Below are positions 1 through 8,846 of a stretch of 64,000 nucleotides of DNA, piece after piece (position 1 is the first letter of the stretch; each line of letters begins with the position of its first letter). The notes under the pieces were generated by a model that saw only the letters and a list, made by a program, of their open reading frames with translations, had not been told where the DNA came from and did no database searches. The position numbers and the translations under genes are program-made. The stretch is from Candidatus Eiseniibacteriota bacterium (GTDB lineage Bacteria > Eisenbacteria > RBG-16-71-46 > SZUA-252): positions 15,408 to 79,407 of the forward strand of contig VBOR01000057.1 of assembly GCA_005893165.1 (NCBI GenBank), in the 5' to 3' direction.

Positions 1-57
1 CCCGAGATCTCCTTCCAGGCGGTGAATCCCGTTGATTCTCCCCCGGTAGGGCAGTAG
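1..57 (+). CDS. possible 3' end of an upstream gene (PEISFQAVNPVDSPPVGQ*)
   Basis: Frame 1 is open from the window edge to TAG at 55-57; too short to identify. Confidence 0.3.
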   Translation, partial: PEISFQAVNPVDSPPVGQ

Positions 58-80
58 GGTGCGATGTGGTCATGGACGAA

Positions 81-182
81 GCGGGCGGGGGGAGTGATCG
101 GGGGAGCGGTGTTTCCCGTGGGAAATCTATCTTCACCATTTCCGAGGGAAACACCGCTCCCCCGCCCATTCCCCCCGTTTGC
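81..182 (+). ncRNA. long rod-like hairpin; candidate structured RNA or palindromic element
   Basis: Perfect 18-bp inverted repeat 100-117/146-163, inner GGAAAT/ATTTCC 121-126/138-143, outer arm 81-95/168-182 fully paired using G-U wobbles on the + strand. Confidence 0.45.
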
Positions 183-235
183 GCTCTGTGGACACCTGGA
201 GCTCTGCTGACCGATCACCACCCGGGGGATTCCTC

Positions 236-1648
236 CTGAGTCGCGGCCTCATCCTCTACGTCGTTCTCATCATCGCCGCCGGCGCGGCGGTCCTCGCGTC
301 CGCGTTTCCGGAATTCCGCAACCTCGGCCTCATCCACGTCGTCGCCTGGATCCTCGTCAGCCTTCTCGCCGAAAGCCTCTGGCTCTCCACGATCACCGGC
401 AAGGCCATGGAGAGCATGGCCTCCACCGTGGACCTGAGCCTCCTCGTGCTCTTCGGCTATCGGCCGGCGGTCTGGATCGCGGCCATCGCCTTCTCGATCG
501 CCAACGTGATCTTTTCCAGGCGCACGTGGTACAAGGCGCTCTTCAACGCGGGACAGAACGTGCTCGCCCTCTCGGCCGCGGGTCTCGCGTACGCCGTGCT
601 GGGCGGTAAGCCGCTCTGGTTGCACAACCAATCGACCTCGGCCGCGTTCACGCTGTCGCTCATCCTGCCGTGGGTCGCCGCCTCGGTCGTGTACTTCTTC
701 GTGAACACGATGCTCGTGGCGGGCGCCGTGGCGCTGAGCACGCGCCGGAAGGTCCTCCAGACCTGGCGCGAGGAGTACATCTACTACAACTCCCTCATCT
801 CCTCGGTGGCGCTCTTCTTCCTCTCCCCCCTGGTCGTCGTCTCCTACATGGCGATCGGGTACTACGGGCTCATCTTTCTCTTCGTGCCCCTCCTCCTCAT
901 CAAGGAGGCCAACGCCAAGTACATCGCGCTGGAGCGCGCCAAGGACGAGCTGGTGAGCTCCGAGCGGCTCGCGGCAAAAGGGGAAATGGCCGCGGAGATC
1001 GCGCACGAGCTGAACAATTCGCTCGCGGCCATCTCGGCGCGCGCCCAGTTCTTCCTCATGGGGGTCGGCACGATGACCCCGGAGAAGACGCAGGAGAGCG
1101 CCAAGATCATCTTCGAGCAGGCGAGCGCCATGACGGTGCTCACGAAGGGCCTCATGGATTTCTCGCACAAGGAGCTGCGCAAGCAGCCGACGAAGCTGAA
1201 CGACGTGATCCGGAAGACGGTCGAGTTCATCACGCCGCAGAACAAGTACGAGCGGGTGGAATTCGCGCTGGATCTCTCGGAGGACCTGCCGGACATGAAT
1301 CTGGACCCGGGGCAGGTCCAGCAGGTCTTCATGAACCTCTTCAGCAACTCGGCCGACGCGCTGAAGAGCACGAAGACCGCGATGCCGCGGATCGTCATCC
1401 GCTCCCGCCTCAAGGCGGCCGTGGGGGAGGTGGAGCTGACGGTCGAGGACAACGGCCCGGGGATCCCCTCGGATGCCATGGAGAAGCTCTTCGAGCCTTC
1501 CTTCACGACCAAGCCCGAGGGACACGGCTTCGGGCTCTCCACCTGCTACCGGATCATCCAGAACCACGGAGGAAAAATCTCGGCGCAGAACGTGCCGGGG
1601 TCGGGCGCGCGGTTCACGATCACGCTCCCGGGAAGGGACGGGTTCTAG
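236..1648 (+). CDS. membrane sensor histidine kinase (multi-TM MASE-type N-terminus, HisKA, HATPase_c)
   Basis: H-box AAEIAHELNN, N-box QVFMNLFSNSADA, G1 DNGPGI, F-box LFEPSFTTK, G2 GHGFGL; several N-terminal TM helices. ORF is open from TTG 179; CTG 236 after GGGGG is the more plausible start. Confidence 0.9.
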   Translation: MSRGLILYVVLIIAAGAAVLASAFPEFRNLGLIHVVAWILVSLLAESLWLSTITGKAMESMASTVDLSLLVLFGYRPAVWIAAIAFSIANVIFSRRTWYKALFNAGQNVLALSAAGLAYAVLGGKPLWLHNQSTSAAFTLSLILPWVAASVVYFFVNTMLVAGAVALSTRRKVLQTWREEYIYYNSLISSVALFFLSPLVVVSYMAIGYYGLIFLFVPLLLIKEANAKYIALERAKDELVSSERLAAKGEMAAEIAHELNNSLAAISARAQFFLMGVGTMTPEKTQESAKIIFEQASAMTVLTKGLMDFSHKELRKQPTKLNDVIRKTVEFITPQNKYERVEFALDLSEDLPDMNLDPGQVQQVFMNLFSNSADALKSTKTAMPRIVIRSRLKAAVGEVELTVEDNGPGIPSDAMEKLFEPSFTTKPEGHGFGLSTCYRIIQNHGGKISAQNVPGSGARFTITLPGRDGF

Positions 1649-1658
1649 CCGGACCCGC

Positions 1659-2060
1659 TCAGCGGTCGAGCGCGCTCACGACCGCCACGCCGGCGAGGGC
1701 GCCCGCGAGATCGGCGGCCAAATCCTTCCAGCTCGCGCCCCGCTTCAGACGGCGCGGCTTGAGCGTCGCGTCGTAGATCTCCTTGACGATCCCGGCGCCG
1801 AACGCGGCCGCGACGGCCGTCCGCCGGCTTTGCCCTTCGATCCGCAGCGACGCCGCGACCGCGAGCGAGCCCGCGAAGTGGAGCTCCTTGTCGGCGGCGA
1901 GCCAGGAGCCCTGCTCCTGGGAAGAGAGAAAGAGCGGCTCCGCGGATGCGACCCCCGCGGTCGCCGTCACCGCGAGGCAGAGGAGCGCGAAGCGCGCGCC
2001 CATGCTCGGCAGCGCGGACGAGCGCCGCGACCGCTCCGCGCGAAGTCTCTCGGATCGCAT
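1659..2060 (-). CDS. YfiM/DUF2279-like small membrane protein
   Basis: Motifs W-x3-DK-x2-HF-x2-S, KE-x2-D, GASWKDLAAD-x2-G; signal-peptide-like segment; ATG at 2060 lies 7 nt after an extended -10. Confidence 0.65.
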   Translation of the reverse strand: MRSERLRAERSRRSSALPSMGARFALLCLAVTATAGVASAEPLFLSSQEQGSWLAADKELHFAGSLAVAASLRIEGQSRRTAVAAAFGAGIVKEIYDATLKPRRLKRGASWKDLAADLAGALAGVAVVSALDR

Positions 2061-2085
2061 CCGGCGGATGATACCATCGCCCTCC
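2061..2085. promoter_or_regulatory. overlapping divergent extended -10 elements (bidirectional, leaderless)
   Basis: + strand TG-A-TACCAT 2069-2077, 8 nt before ATG 2086; - strand TG-G-TATCAT 2076-2068, 7 nt before ATG 2060. Confidence 0.6.
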
Positions 2086-3480
2086 ATGACCCAGGCTCGA
2101 CTGTCTTCCACCCAGGTTCCGGGACCCATTCTGGACGTGCTTCGCCGCCTGCAAGAGGCGGGGCATCGCGCCTACGTGATCGGCGGCGCGACCCGGGAGC
2201 TCCTGAGCGGCGCGAGGCCCGCTCCTCAAGACTGGGACGTGGGGACCAGCGCGACGCCCGAGGAGGTGCTCCGGCTCTATCCGAAGGGCGTGGCCACGGG
2301 CGCGCGGTTCGGCACCATCACGGTCCCCACGGAAGCGGGTCCCTGCGAGGTCACGACCTTCCGCGTGGAATCCGAATACAAGGACGCGCGCCATCCCGAT
2401 CGGGTCACCTTCGTGCGCGAGCTGGAGGAGGACCTCCGCCGCCGCGACTTCACCGTGAACGCGATGGCGTGGGATCCGCTGGCGGACCGCCTCGTGGATC
2501 CCACGGGCGGCATCCCCGATCTCGAGGCGGGCGTTCTGCGCGCGGTGGGGGATCCGCTCACCCGCTTCCGCGAGGACGGCCTCCGTCCCATCCGCGCAGC
2601 GCGCTTCGCCGCGACGCTCGGGTTCGCGCTGGAGGAGAAGACCGAGCGTGCGCTCCCGGACGCGCGCACCGAGGTGGGCCGGGTCGCCGCGGAGCGCGTG
2701 CAGGAGGAATTGATGAAGATGCTGCGCGCTCCGGAGCCTTCGCGCGGCTTCGAGGTGCTCCGGCGCGCGGGTCTTCTCGGCGTCTGGCTGCCGGAGATCG
2801 AGAAGACGATCGCGGTCCCTCAGAACCGCTATCACGCCTACGACGTGTACTTCCACACCCTCTACACCTGCGACGCCGCCCCGGCGGAGAAGCCCGTGGT
2901 GCGCCTGGCCGCGCTCTTCCACGACGTGGGGAAGCCCGAGACGCGCCAGGAACGGGAGGACGGGGAGGCTACCTTCTACAACCACCAGTTCGTGGGAGAG
3001 CGGATGGCCCGCGAAGCGATGGAGCGGCTCCGCTTCAGCCGGGACCTGACCGATCGCGTCGCGCATCTCGTCCGCCAGCACATGTTCGATTACCGTCCGC
3101 AGTGGACCGACGCGGCGGTGCGCCGCTTCATCCGCAGCGTGGGCGTGGAAGCGATCGCCGATCTCTTCGATCTCAGGATCGCCGACAACGTGGGGAACGG
3201 ACTCAAGACCGGCTTCCCGCACTATCTCGAGGAGCTCCGCGGCCGCGTGGACGCGACCCTCGAAGCGGAGGAGGCGCTCTCGATCCGCGACCTCGAGGTG
3301 GACGGAAGCGACGTCATGGCGGCGCTCGATCTGCCTCCCGGACCGCGGGTCGGTAAGATCCTGGACCAGCTCCTCGAGGAGGTGCTCGAAAACCCCTCCT
3401 TGAATCGCCGGGAGCGCCTTCTGGAGCGCATCCGGCAGGGGTTTTCGATTGACACCCAGGGCTCCCGGGACCTAGGCTGA
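2086..3480 (+). CDS. cca: CCA tRNA nucleotidyltransferase with HD domain
   Basis: GGATRE, DWDVGT, EEDLRRRDFTVNAMA, EDGLRPIRAARF, HD motif LFHDVGKP. Confidence 0.92.
   Translation: MTQARLSSTQVPGPILDVLRRLQEAGHRAYVIGGATRELLSGARPAPQDWDVGTSATPEEVLRLYPKGVATGARFGTITVPTEAGPCEVTTFRVESEYKDARHPDRVTFVRELEEDLRRRDFTVNAMAWDPLADRLVDPTGGIPDLEAGVLRAVGDPLTRFREDGLRPIRAARFAATLGFALEEKTERALPDARTEVGRVAAERVQEELMKMLRAPEPSRGFEVLRRAGLLGVWLPEIEKTIAVPQNRYHAYDVYFHTLYTCDAAPAEKPVVRLAALFHDVGKPETRQEREDGEATFYNHQFVGERMAREAMERLRFSRDLTDRVAHLVRQHMFDYRPQWTDAAVRRFIRSVGVEAIADLFDLRIADNVGNGLKTGFPHYLEELRGRVDATLEAEEALSIRDLEVDGSDVMAALDLPPGPRVGKILDQLLEEVLENPSLNRRERLLERIRQGFSIDTQGSRDLG
3449..3478 (+). promoter_or_regulatory. sigma70-type promoter
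   Basis: TTGACA-18nt-TAGGCT, about 40 nt upstream of the polyprenyl synthase start. Confidence 0.55.
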
Positions 3481-3518
3481 CCGCCGATTTCACATAGAAA
3501 CCCTGCGCTAGGAGCCCA

Positions 3519-4538
3519 TTGACCGCTCGCAGAGCAGCGCCTGAAGTGCTTCCGGCCGAACCTCCGACGCTGGAAACGATCCGGAGCCCGATCGCGGAGC
3601 CGTTCGAGCGGTTTCAAACCGAGCTCGACGACGCCTTCCTCTGCGACGTCGGGCTGGTGGGCACGGTCGGCGCCCACCTGCACCGCGCCTACGGAAAGCG
3701 GTTCCGTCCCACCCTCGTCCTTCTCGCCGCGAAAGGATTCGGGGCGGTCACCGACGAAGCGATCTTCGGCGCTGTGGTCGTGGAGCTGATCCACACCGCC
3801 ACGCTGATCCACGACGACTCGGTGGACAAGAGCCTCCTCCGGCGCGGCCTTCCGACCGTGAACAGCGCCTTCAACAACGACACCGCCATTCTCATGGGGG
3901 ACTACCTCTACTCGAAGGCGTTCTCCATCCTCGTCAACAAGCGCATGTACGAAGCCATGGATCTCCTCGCCGACGCGACCCACCGGATGAGCCAGGGGGA
4001 GCTGCGCCAGATCGAGCAGAAGAACCGCCTCGACCTGGCGGAGAAGGAATACATGCGCGTGATCGACGAGAAGACCGCCTGCCTCATGTCCGCGGGGTGC
4101 GAGCTGGGGGCGAACGCCGGAGGGGCCGACGGGAAACGCCGCGCGGCCTTGAACCGGTTCGGGCGCGCCCTGGGGCTCGCGTTCCAGATCACGGACGATC
4201 TCTTCGACTATCTCGGCGCCGAGAAGGTGACGGGGAAGACGGGAGGGAACGATCTCGACGGCGGAAAGATCACCCTGCCTCTGATCAACGCCCTCCGCGA
4301 GGCTCCCGAAGGGGAGCGGCGCGACATGGAGGACCTGATCCGGTCGCGCGATTTCCGGAACGGCCACTGGTCCGACGTCGTGCGATTCGTGACGGTCCAT
4401 GGCGGGGTCGCCTACAGCCAGAAGCGGAGCACGGAGCTGGCCGAGCGCGCCGAGGAGGAGCTCGCGTCCGTTCCGGATCCCGAGATCCGCGAATCGCTGC
4501 AAAACGCCGTCCGGTACGCGGTGACCCGCGAGCGTTGA
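3519..4538 (+). CDS. ispB: trans-polyprenyl diphosphate synthase (IspB/HepT family)
   Basis: GKRFRP, ELIHTATLIHDDSVD, RRG, KTA, AFQITDDLFD, GKITLP. Confidence 0.9.
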   Translation: MTARRAAPEVLPAEPPTLETIRSPIAEPFERFQTELDDAFLCDVGLVGTVGAHLHRAYGKRFRPTLVLLAAKGFGAVTDEAIFGAVVVELIHTATLIHDDSVDKSLLRRGLPTVNSAFNNDTAILMGDYLYSKAFSILVNKRMYEAMDLLADATHRMSQGELRQIEQKNRLDLAEKEYMRVIDEKTACLMSAGCELGANAGGADGKRRAALNRFGRALGLAFQITDDLFDYLGAEKVTGKTGGNDLDGGKITLPLINALREAPEGERRDMEDLIRSRDFRNGHWSDVVRFVTVHGGVAYSQKRSTELAERAEEELASVPDPEIRESLQNAVRYAVTRER

Positions 4539-4903
4539 ACCTCGAACCCGCCCGGAACCTCCCCGCCCAGGACCTCGCGCGCGAAGCGGCGCGGCTCACC
4601 CTGACCAAGCGGGCCGAGGACGTCGTGATCCTCGACCTCCGCGAGCTGGACGGAGTCTGCGACTACTTCGTGCTCTCGACCGGTCAGTCGGAGGTCCAGA
4701 CGCGCGCGATCGCGGACGCCGTGGACGAGGGAATGCGCGCGCGCGGCGTCCGTCCCTGGCACGTGGAAGGGTACGAGGCGCGGCGCTGGATCCTTCTCGA
4801 CTACGTGGATTTCGTCGTGCACGTCTTCCACACGCGGGCCCGTGAGTATTATCTCTTGGACAAGCTCTGGGGCGATGCCCACCGAGAAACCGTGGCCGAT
4901 TGA
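4535..4903 (+). CDS. rsfS: ribosome silencing factor RsfS (Iojap)
   Basis: KRAEDVVILDL, DYFVLSTG, WILLDYVDFVVHVF, REYYLLDKLWGD; TTG start overlaps the upstream TGA. Confidence 0.92.
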   Translation: MNLEPARNLPAQDLAREAARLTLTKRAEDVVILDLRELDGVCDYFVLSTGQSEVQTRAIADAVDEGMRARGVRPWHVEGYEARRWILLDYVDFVVHVFHTRAREYYLLDKLWGDAHRETVAD

Positions 4904-6403
4904 GGCCTACCTTGCGGAGCGCCTCGAGGCAGCGATTCCCAAAGCGGGGCTCATGCTTCCCGAGGGCGCGCGCATCGACGTCGAGGTTCCGCGCGAGCCC
5001 GAGCACGGAGACTGGGCCACCCCGGTCGCGCTGACGCTCGCGAAGACCGCGCGCCGGCCGCCGCGGCAGGTCGCGGAGACGCTGCGGGACGTGCTCGTGA
5101 AGGAGATCGAGCGGGACGTCGTGAGCTCGATCGAGATCGCGGGCGCCGGATTCATCAACTTCCGCCTCGCGCCCGCCTGGCTCACCGCCAATCTCACGCG
5201 GATCCTCGAGAACCCCGGCGTCTACGGCAGCTCTCCGGTGGGGCGCGGGGAGAAGATCCTCATCGAGTACGTGAGCGCCAATCCCACCGGTCCGCTCAAC
5301 GTCGTGAACGCGCGCGCCGCGAGCATCGGCGACGCGCTGATCCGGATCCTGAACGCGGCGGGGTACGAAGCGCGCGGGGAGTTCTACGCGAACGACTGGG
5401 GGCTTCAGGCGGAGCTCTTCGGCGCCTCCATCGAGACGCGCTTCCAGGAGCGTCTCGGACTTCCGGCTTCCCCTCTTCCCGAAGAGGGCTACGCCGGAGC
5501 GTACGTGGCGGAGGTCGCGCGCACGGTGCCGGAGCAGGACGGACGCTCGTGGCTCGGGCTCCCGGAGCGCGAGCGGCGGCTCCGCTTCGCGGGGTGGGGC
5601 ATCGACCGCATGCTGGAGCGGCAGAAGGTGGATCTCGACCGCTTCGGCGCGCGGATGGACCGCTGGTTCCGCGAGAGCGAGCTCCATCGAGGGGGCGCGG
5701 TCGAGAAGGCGCGCGCGCGCCTGGGCGAGCGGGGGATGACGGAGACGCGCGACGGCGCGCTCTGGTTCCGCTCGACCGAGTTCGGGTGATCGAGGCGCTG
5801 GGATGGCCTCGGGAGCGCTTCGAGGTGATCCTGATCCAGTGGGTTCGGCTGCTCCGGGGCGGGGAGCCGGTGAAGATGTCCAAGCGCGCGGGGGAATTCA
5901 TCACGCTCGAGGATCTCGTGCAGGAGGTGGGCGTGGACGCGGCGCGCTTCTTCTTCCTCATGCGCCGCGCGGAGAGCCCGCTCGACTTCGATCTCGAGCT
6001 GGCGGTCAAGCGGAGCGAGGACAATCCCGTGTACTACGTGCAGTACGCGCACGCGCGCATCGTCCATGTCCTGGAATACGCGACGAGCCAGGGCGTGCCG
6101 GAGCCGTCCCTCGCGGCGGCGCGGCCCGATCTCCTGCACGAGGCGGAGACCTTGACGCTGCTCCGCGGGCTCGCGGGATTTCCGTCCCTGGTCGCGGCCG
6201 CGGCGAGGCACCGGGAGCCCCACCGCATTCCCATGTACTTGAAAGACTTGGCGGCCCGTTTTCATTCGTTTTATCACGTGCACCGGGTGGTCGGTCCCGA
6301 TGCCGCCGTCACCGCGGCCAGGCTCCTCCTCACGCGCGCGACCGGCGTCGTCTTTCGCCGCGGGCTGGAGCTCCTCGGCGTGAGCGCTCCGGAGTCGATG
6401 TAG
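4875..6403 (+). pseudogene. argS: arginyl-tRNA synthetase, split by an apparent internal deletion and frameshift at ~5786 (likely assembly artefact)
   Basis: N-part: HGDWATPVAL, AGAGFINF, EYVSANPTGPL, DGALWFRSTEFG then stop. C-part in another frame: KMSKRAGEFITL, DNPVYYVQYAHARI, LGVSAPESM. Confidence 0.9.
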
Positions 6404-6405
6404 GC

Positions 6406-7335
6406 ATGGCGATCGCGGTCGTCGGCTCTCTGGGCCTGGACACCATCCAGACCCCGGCGGGGCGCGCGGTGGAAGTACTCGGAGGGTCCGCGGCCTATTT
6501 CGCGCTCGCGGCCCGGCACTTCATTCCGGTCTCGCTCGTGGCGGTGGTGGGGAGCGACTTTCCCGCGGAGGCGCGGGGCGCGCTCGAGCACCCGGATCTG
6601 GATCTCTCGGGGATCGAGGTGCGCGATGGAAAGACCTTCCGCTGGGAGGGGGTCTACAGCAAGGACATGAACACGCGCGAGACCCTCCGCACGGAGCTCA
6701 ACGTCTTCGAGGAGTTCCGTCCCAGGCTCCACGACCGCCTGCGCTCCTTCACCGACGTGTTCCTCGCGAACATCGATCCCGTGCTCCAGCGCGAGGTCCT
6801 GGATCAGCTGAAGCATCCGCGTCTGGTGCTCTGCGACACGATGAACTACTGGATCCACGGAAAGAGGAAGGAGCTCCTGGAGATCCTGAAGCGCGTGCGC
6901 ATCCTCCTCATCAACGAGGAGGAAGCGCGGGAGCTGACGGGCGAATCCCTCATGCACAAGGCCGCCCGCGCGATCCTGACGCTGGGACCGGAGATCGCCG
7001 TCATCAAGCAGGGGGAGCACGGCGCCTTCTTGCAGTCCCGCGATCTCTACTTCACGTGCCCGGCGGTTCCGATCGAGAGCGTGATCGACCCGACCGGAGC
7101 GGGGGACACCTTCGCCGGCGGATTCTTCGGGGCGCTGGCGCGCATGGAGCGGGTCACCGATCGCACGCTGCGGGCCGCCGTCGTCTACGGGTGCGTGATG
7201 GCCTCCTTCACCGTGGAGGACTTCGGCGTCCTGGGGCTCGCCCGCGTCCAGCGGCCGGAGATCCTGCGCCGTGCCGACCAGGTGATGGAGATGACGCGCT
7301 TCAGTCTGGACAACACGGCGCGACTTCTTCGTTGA
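6406..7335 (+). CDS. PfkB-family sugar/nucleoside kinase
   Basis: VVGSLGLD, LGGSAAY, FLANIDP, DTMNYWI, INEEEA, DPTGAGDTFAGGF. Confidence 0.9.
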   Translation: MAIAVVGSLGLDTIQTPAGRAVEVLGGSAAYFALAARHFIPVSLVAVVGSDFPAEARGALEHPDLDLSGIEVRDGKTFRWEGVYSKDMNTRETLRTELNVFEEFRPRLHDRLRSFTDVFLANIDPVLQREVLDQLKHPRLVLCDTMNYWIHGKRKELLEILKRVRILLINEEEARELTGESLMHKAARAILTLGPEIAVIKQGEHGAFLQSRDLYFTCPAVPIESVIDPTGAGDTFAGGFFGALARMERVTDRTLRAAVVYGCVMASFTVEDFGVLGLARVQRPEILRRADQVMEMTRFSLDNTARLLR

Positions 7336-7440
7336 CGCCGTCGGTCCGCCGACGCACCCCGGACGCGGACGCCGCGCACGCGGGCGCGCGCGCAGGGCGC
7401 CGGTACGGGGAGTTGTCCTCTGGTGCCGCGGCACGCTCCC

Positions 7441-7456
7441 TGGCACACTCCGTGCG
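7441..7456 (+). promoter_or_regulatory. sigma54 (-24/-12) promoter
   Basis: TGGCAC-ACTCC-GTGC, exact GG-N10-GC spacing, in the intergenic gap just before the HD-GYP gene. Confidence 0.6.
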
Positions 7457-7469
7457 GTAGCGGGACCCG

Positions 7470-8846
7470 TTGACGAGGGGAGGGGGCTTGGGTCGGAGAC
7501 TGGAAGCCGAGCTTGTGATGCCGCCCGAAAGAACGCCGGTGTCGCGCGCCAAGGCACCGGTCCGGACTCCGCTCGCCTGGGTGCTCCTTCCGTCCTTTCT
7601 CGCCGCGCTTCCGGTGCTCCTTGCGATCTTCGGCGGGCCCGAGGTGAAGCAGACGCGTTGGGACGCGTGGGGCGTCCTGGTCTGGTTCGCGCTCCTCGTC
7701 GCGGCGGAAGCGCTTCCGGTCGCGATGCTCCGCGGCGCCACGATGACGATCGCCTCCATCCTGGACGTCGGGGCGATCCTCCTCTTCGGTCCGTGGATCG
7801 CGGGGTTCCTGGATCTCTGCACGACGGGCGTGGCGCAGGTGCTGCTCCTCCGGAGGCCGGTGGGGGAGGCCGCACTGAACGCGGGTCTTTACGCCTCGAC
7901 GACCATCCTCGCGGGAGCGGCGTACCTCGCGGCGGGCGGCGGACTGGGCGCGCCCAGTTTCCCGCGCGATCTCCTGCCCGTCCTCCTCGCGGGTTCTCTC
8001 TACTTCATGCTCAACACCGGAGCCGTCAGCCTCGTCATGGGGACGAGCAGCGGCGAGGATCCCGGCCGGATCTGGCGCCACCAGTTCCGCGACGGCGTTC
8101 CCCAATACGCGCTCTCGATCGGGTTCGGGCTTCTCTTCGCCCAGGTGCGCATGGCGGCGGGGGTCCCGGGGGTGCTGCTCCTCGTGCTCCCGCTCTTCTT
8201 CGCCCGGTACGCGCTCCAGCTCTACGCGGACCTGAAGGGGGACCTCGTGAGCTTCGTGCGCGCGCTGAGCGTGGTGCTCGACTCGGTCGATCCCTACACG
8301 CACGAGCATTCGGTGCGCGTCGCGGACTATTCGGTGCGCGTGGCGCGCCACCTCGGCCTTCGCGAGGACGAAGTCGAGACGATTCACTACGCCGCGCTCT
8401 GCCACGACATCGGGAAGATCGCGCAGCGCCCGGAGGTGATCCGGAAGCCCATGGCGCTCGATCCGCACGAGCGCAAGCTCATGATGCGCCACCCCGAGGC
8501 CGGCGCGCGGATCGTGGGCCAGATCCGGGCCCTGCGCACCGCGGCCGCCATGGTGCGCACGCACCACTGGCGTCCCGACGGGCGCGGGTATCCTTCCGGC
8601 CTCGAGGATTCCGACGTGCCCCTGGGGGCGCGCATCATCCACGTGTGCGACGCCTTCGACGCCATGACTTCCGACCGCCCCTACCGCAAGGGGCTCCCGA
8701 TGGCCCGCGCGCTCGTCGAGCTGAACCGGCACGCCGGCTCGCAGTTCGACACGAGGGCCGTCGCGGCGCTTTCGGAGCTTCACGGACTGGGAAGGCTCGT
8801 TCCCGCCCGGCCGGACTCCGGCCTCGTGCTGGACCTTTTCCCATGA
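7470..8846 (+). CDS. membrane-bound HD-GYP c-di-GMP phosphodiesterase-like protein (MASE-type N-terminus)
   Basis: DPYTHEHSVRV, HDIGK, HPEAG, HHWRPDGRGYP, DAFDAMTSDRPYRK, GSQFD; multi-TM N-terminus. True start may be TTG 7488 or ATG 7518. Confidence 0.88.
   Translation: MTRGGGLGRRLEAELVMPPERTPVSRAKAPVRTPLAWVLLPSFLAALPVLLAIFGGPEVKQTRWDAWGVLVWFALLVAAEALPVAMLRGATMTIASILDVGAILLFGPWIAGFLDLCTTGVAQVLLLRRPVGEAALNAGLYASTTILAGAAYLAAGGGLGAPSFPRDLLPVLLAGSLYFMLNTGAVSLVMGTSSGEDPGRIWRHQFRDGVPQYALSIGFGLLFAQVRMAAGVPGVLLLVLPLFFARYALQLYADLKGDLVSFVRALSVVLDSVDPYTHEHSVRVADYSVRVARHLGLREDEVETIHYAALCHDIGKIAQRPEVIRKPMALDPHERKLMMRHPEAGARIVGQIRALRTAAAMVRTHHWRPDGRGYPSGLEDSDVPLGARIIHVCDAFDAMTSDRPYRKGLPMARALVELNRHAGSQFDTRAVAALSELHGLGRLVPARPDSGLVLDLFP

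Noticed and set aside
64-210. 48-codon ORF across the long hairpin
   Set aside because: No SD and no signal-peptide or leader-peptide character; the sequence is better explained by base pairing.
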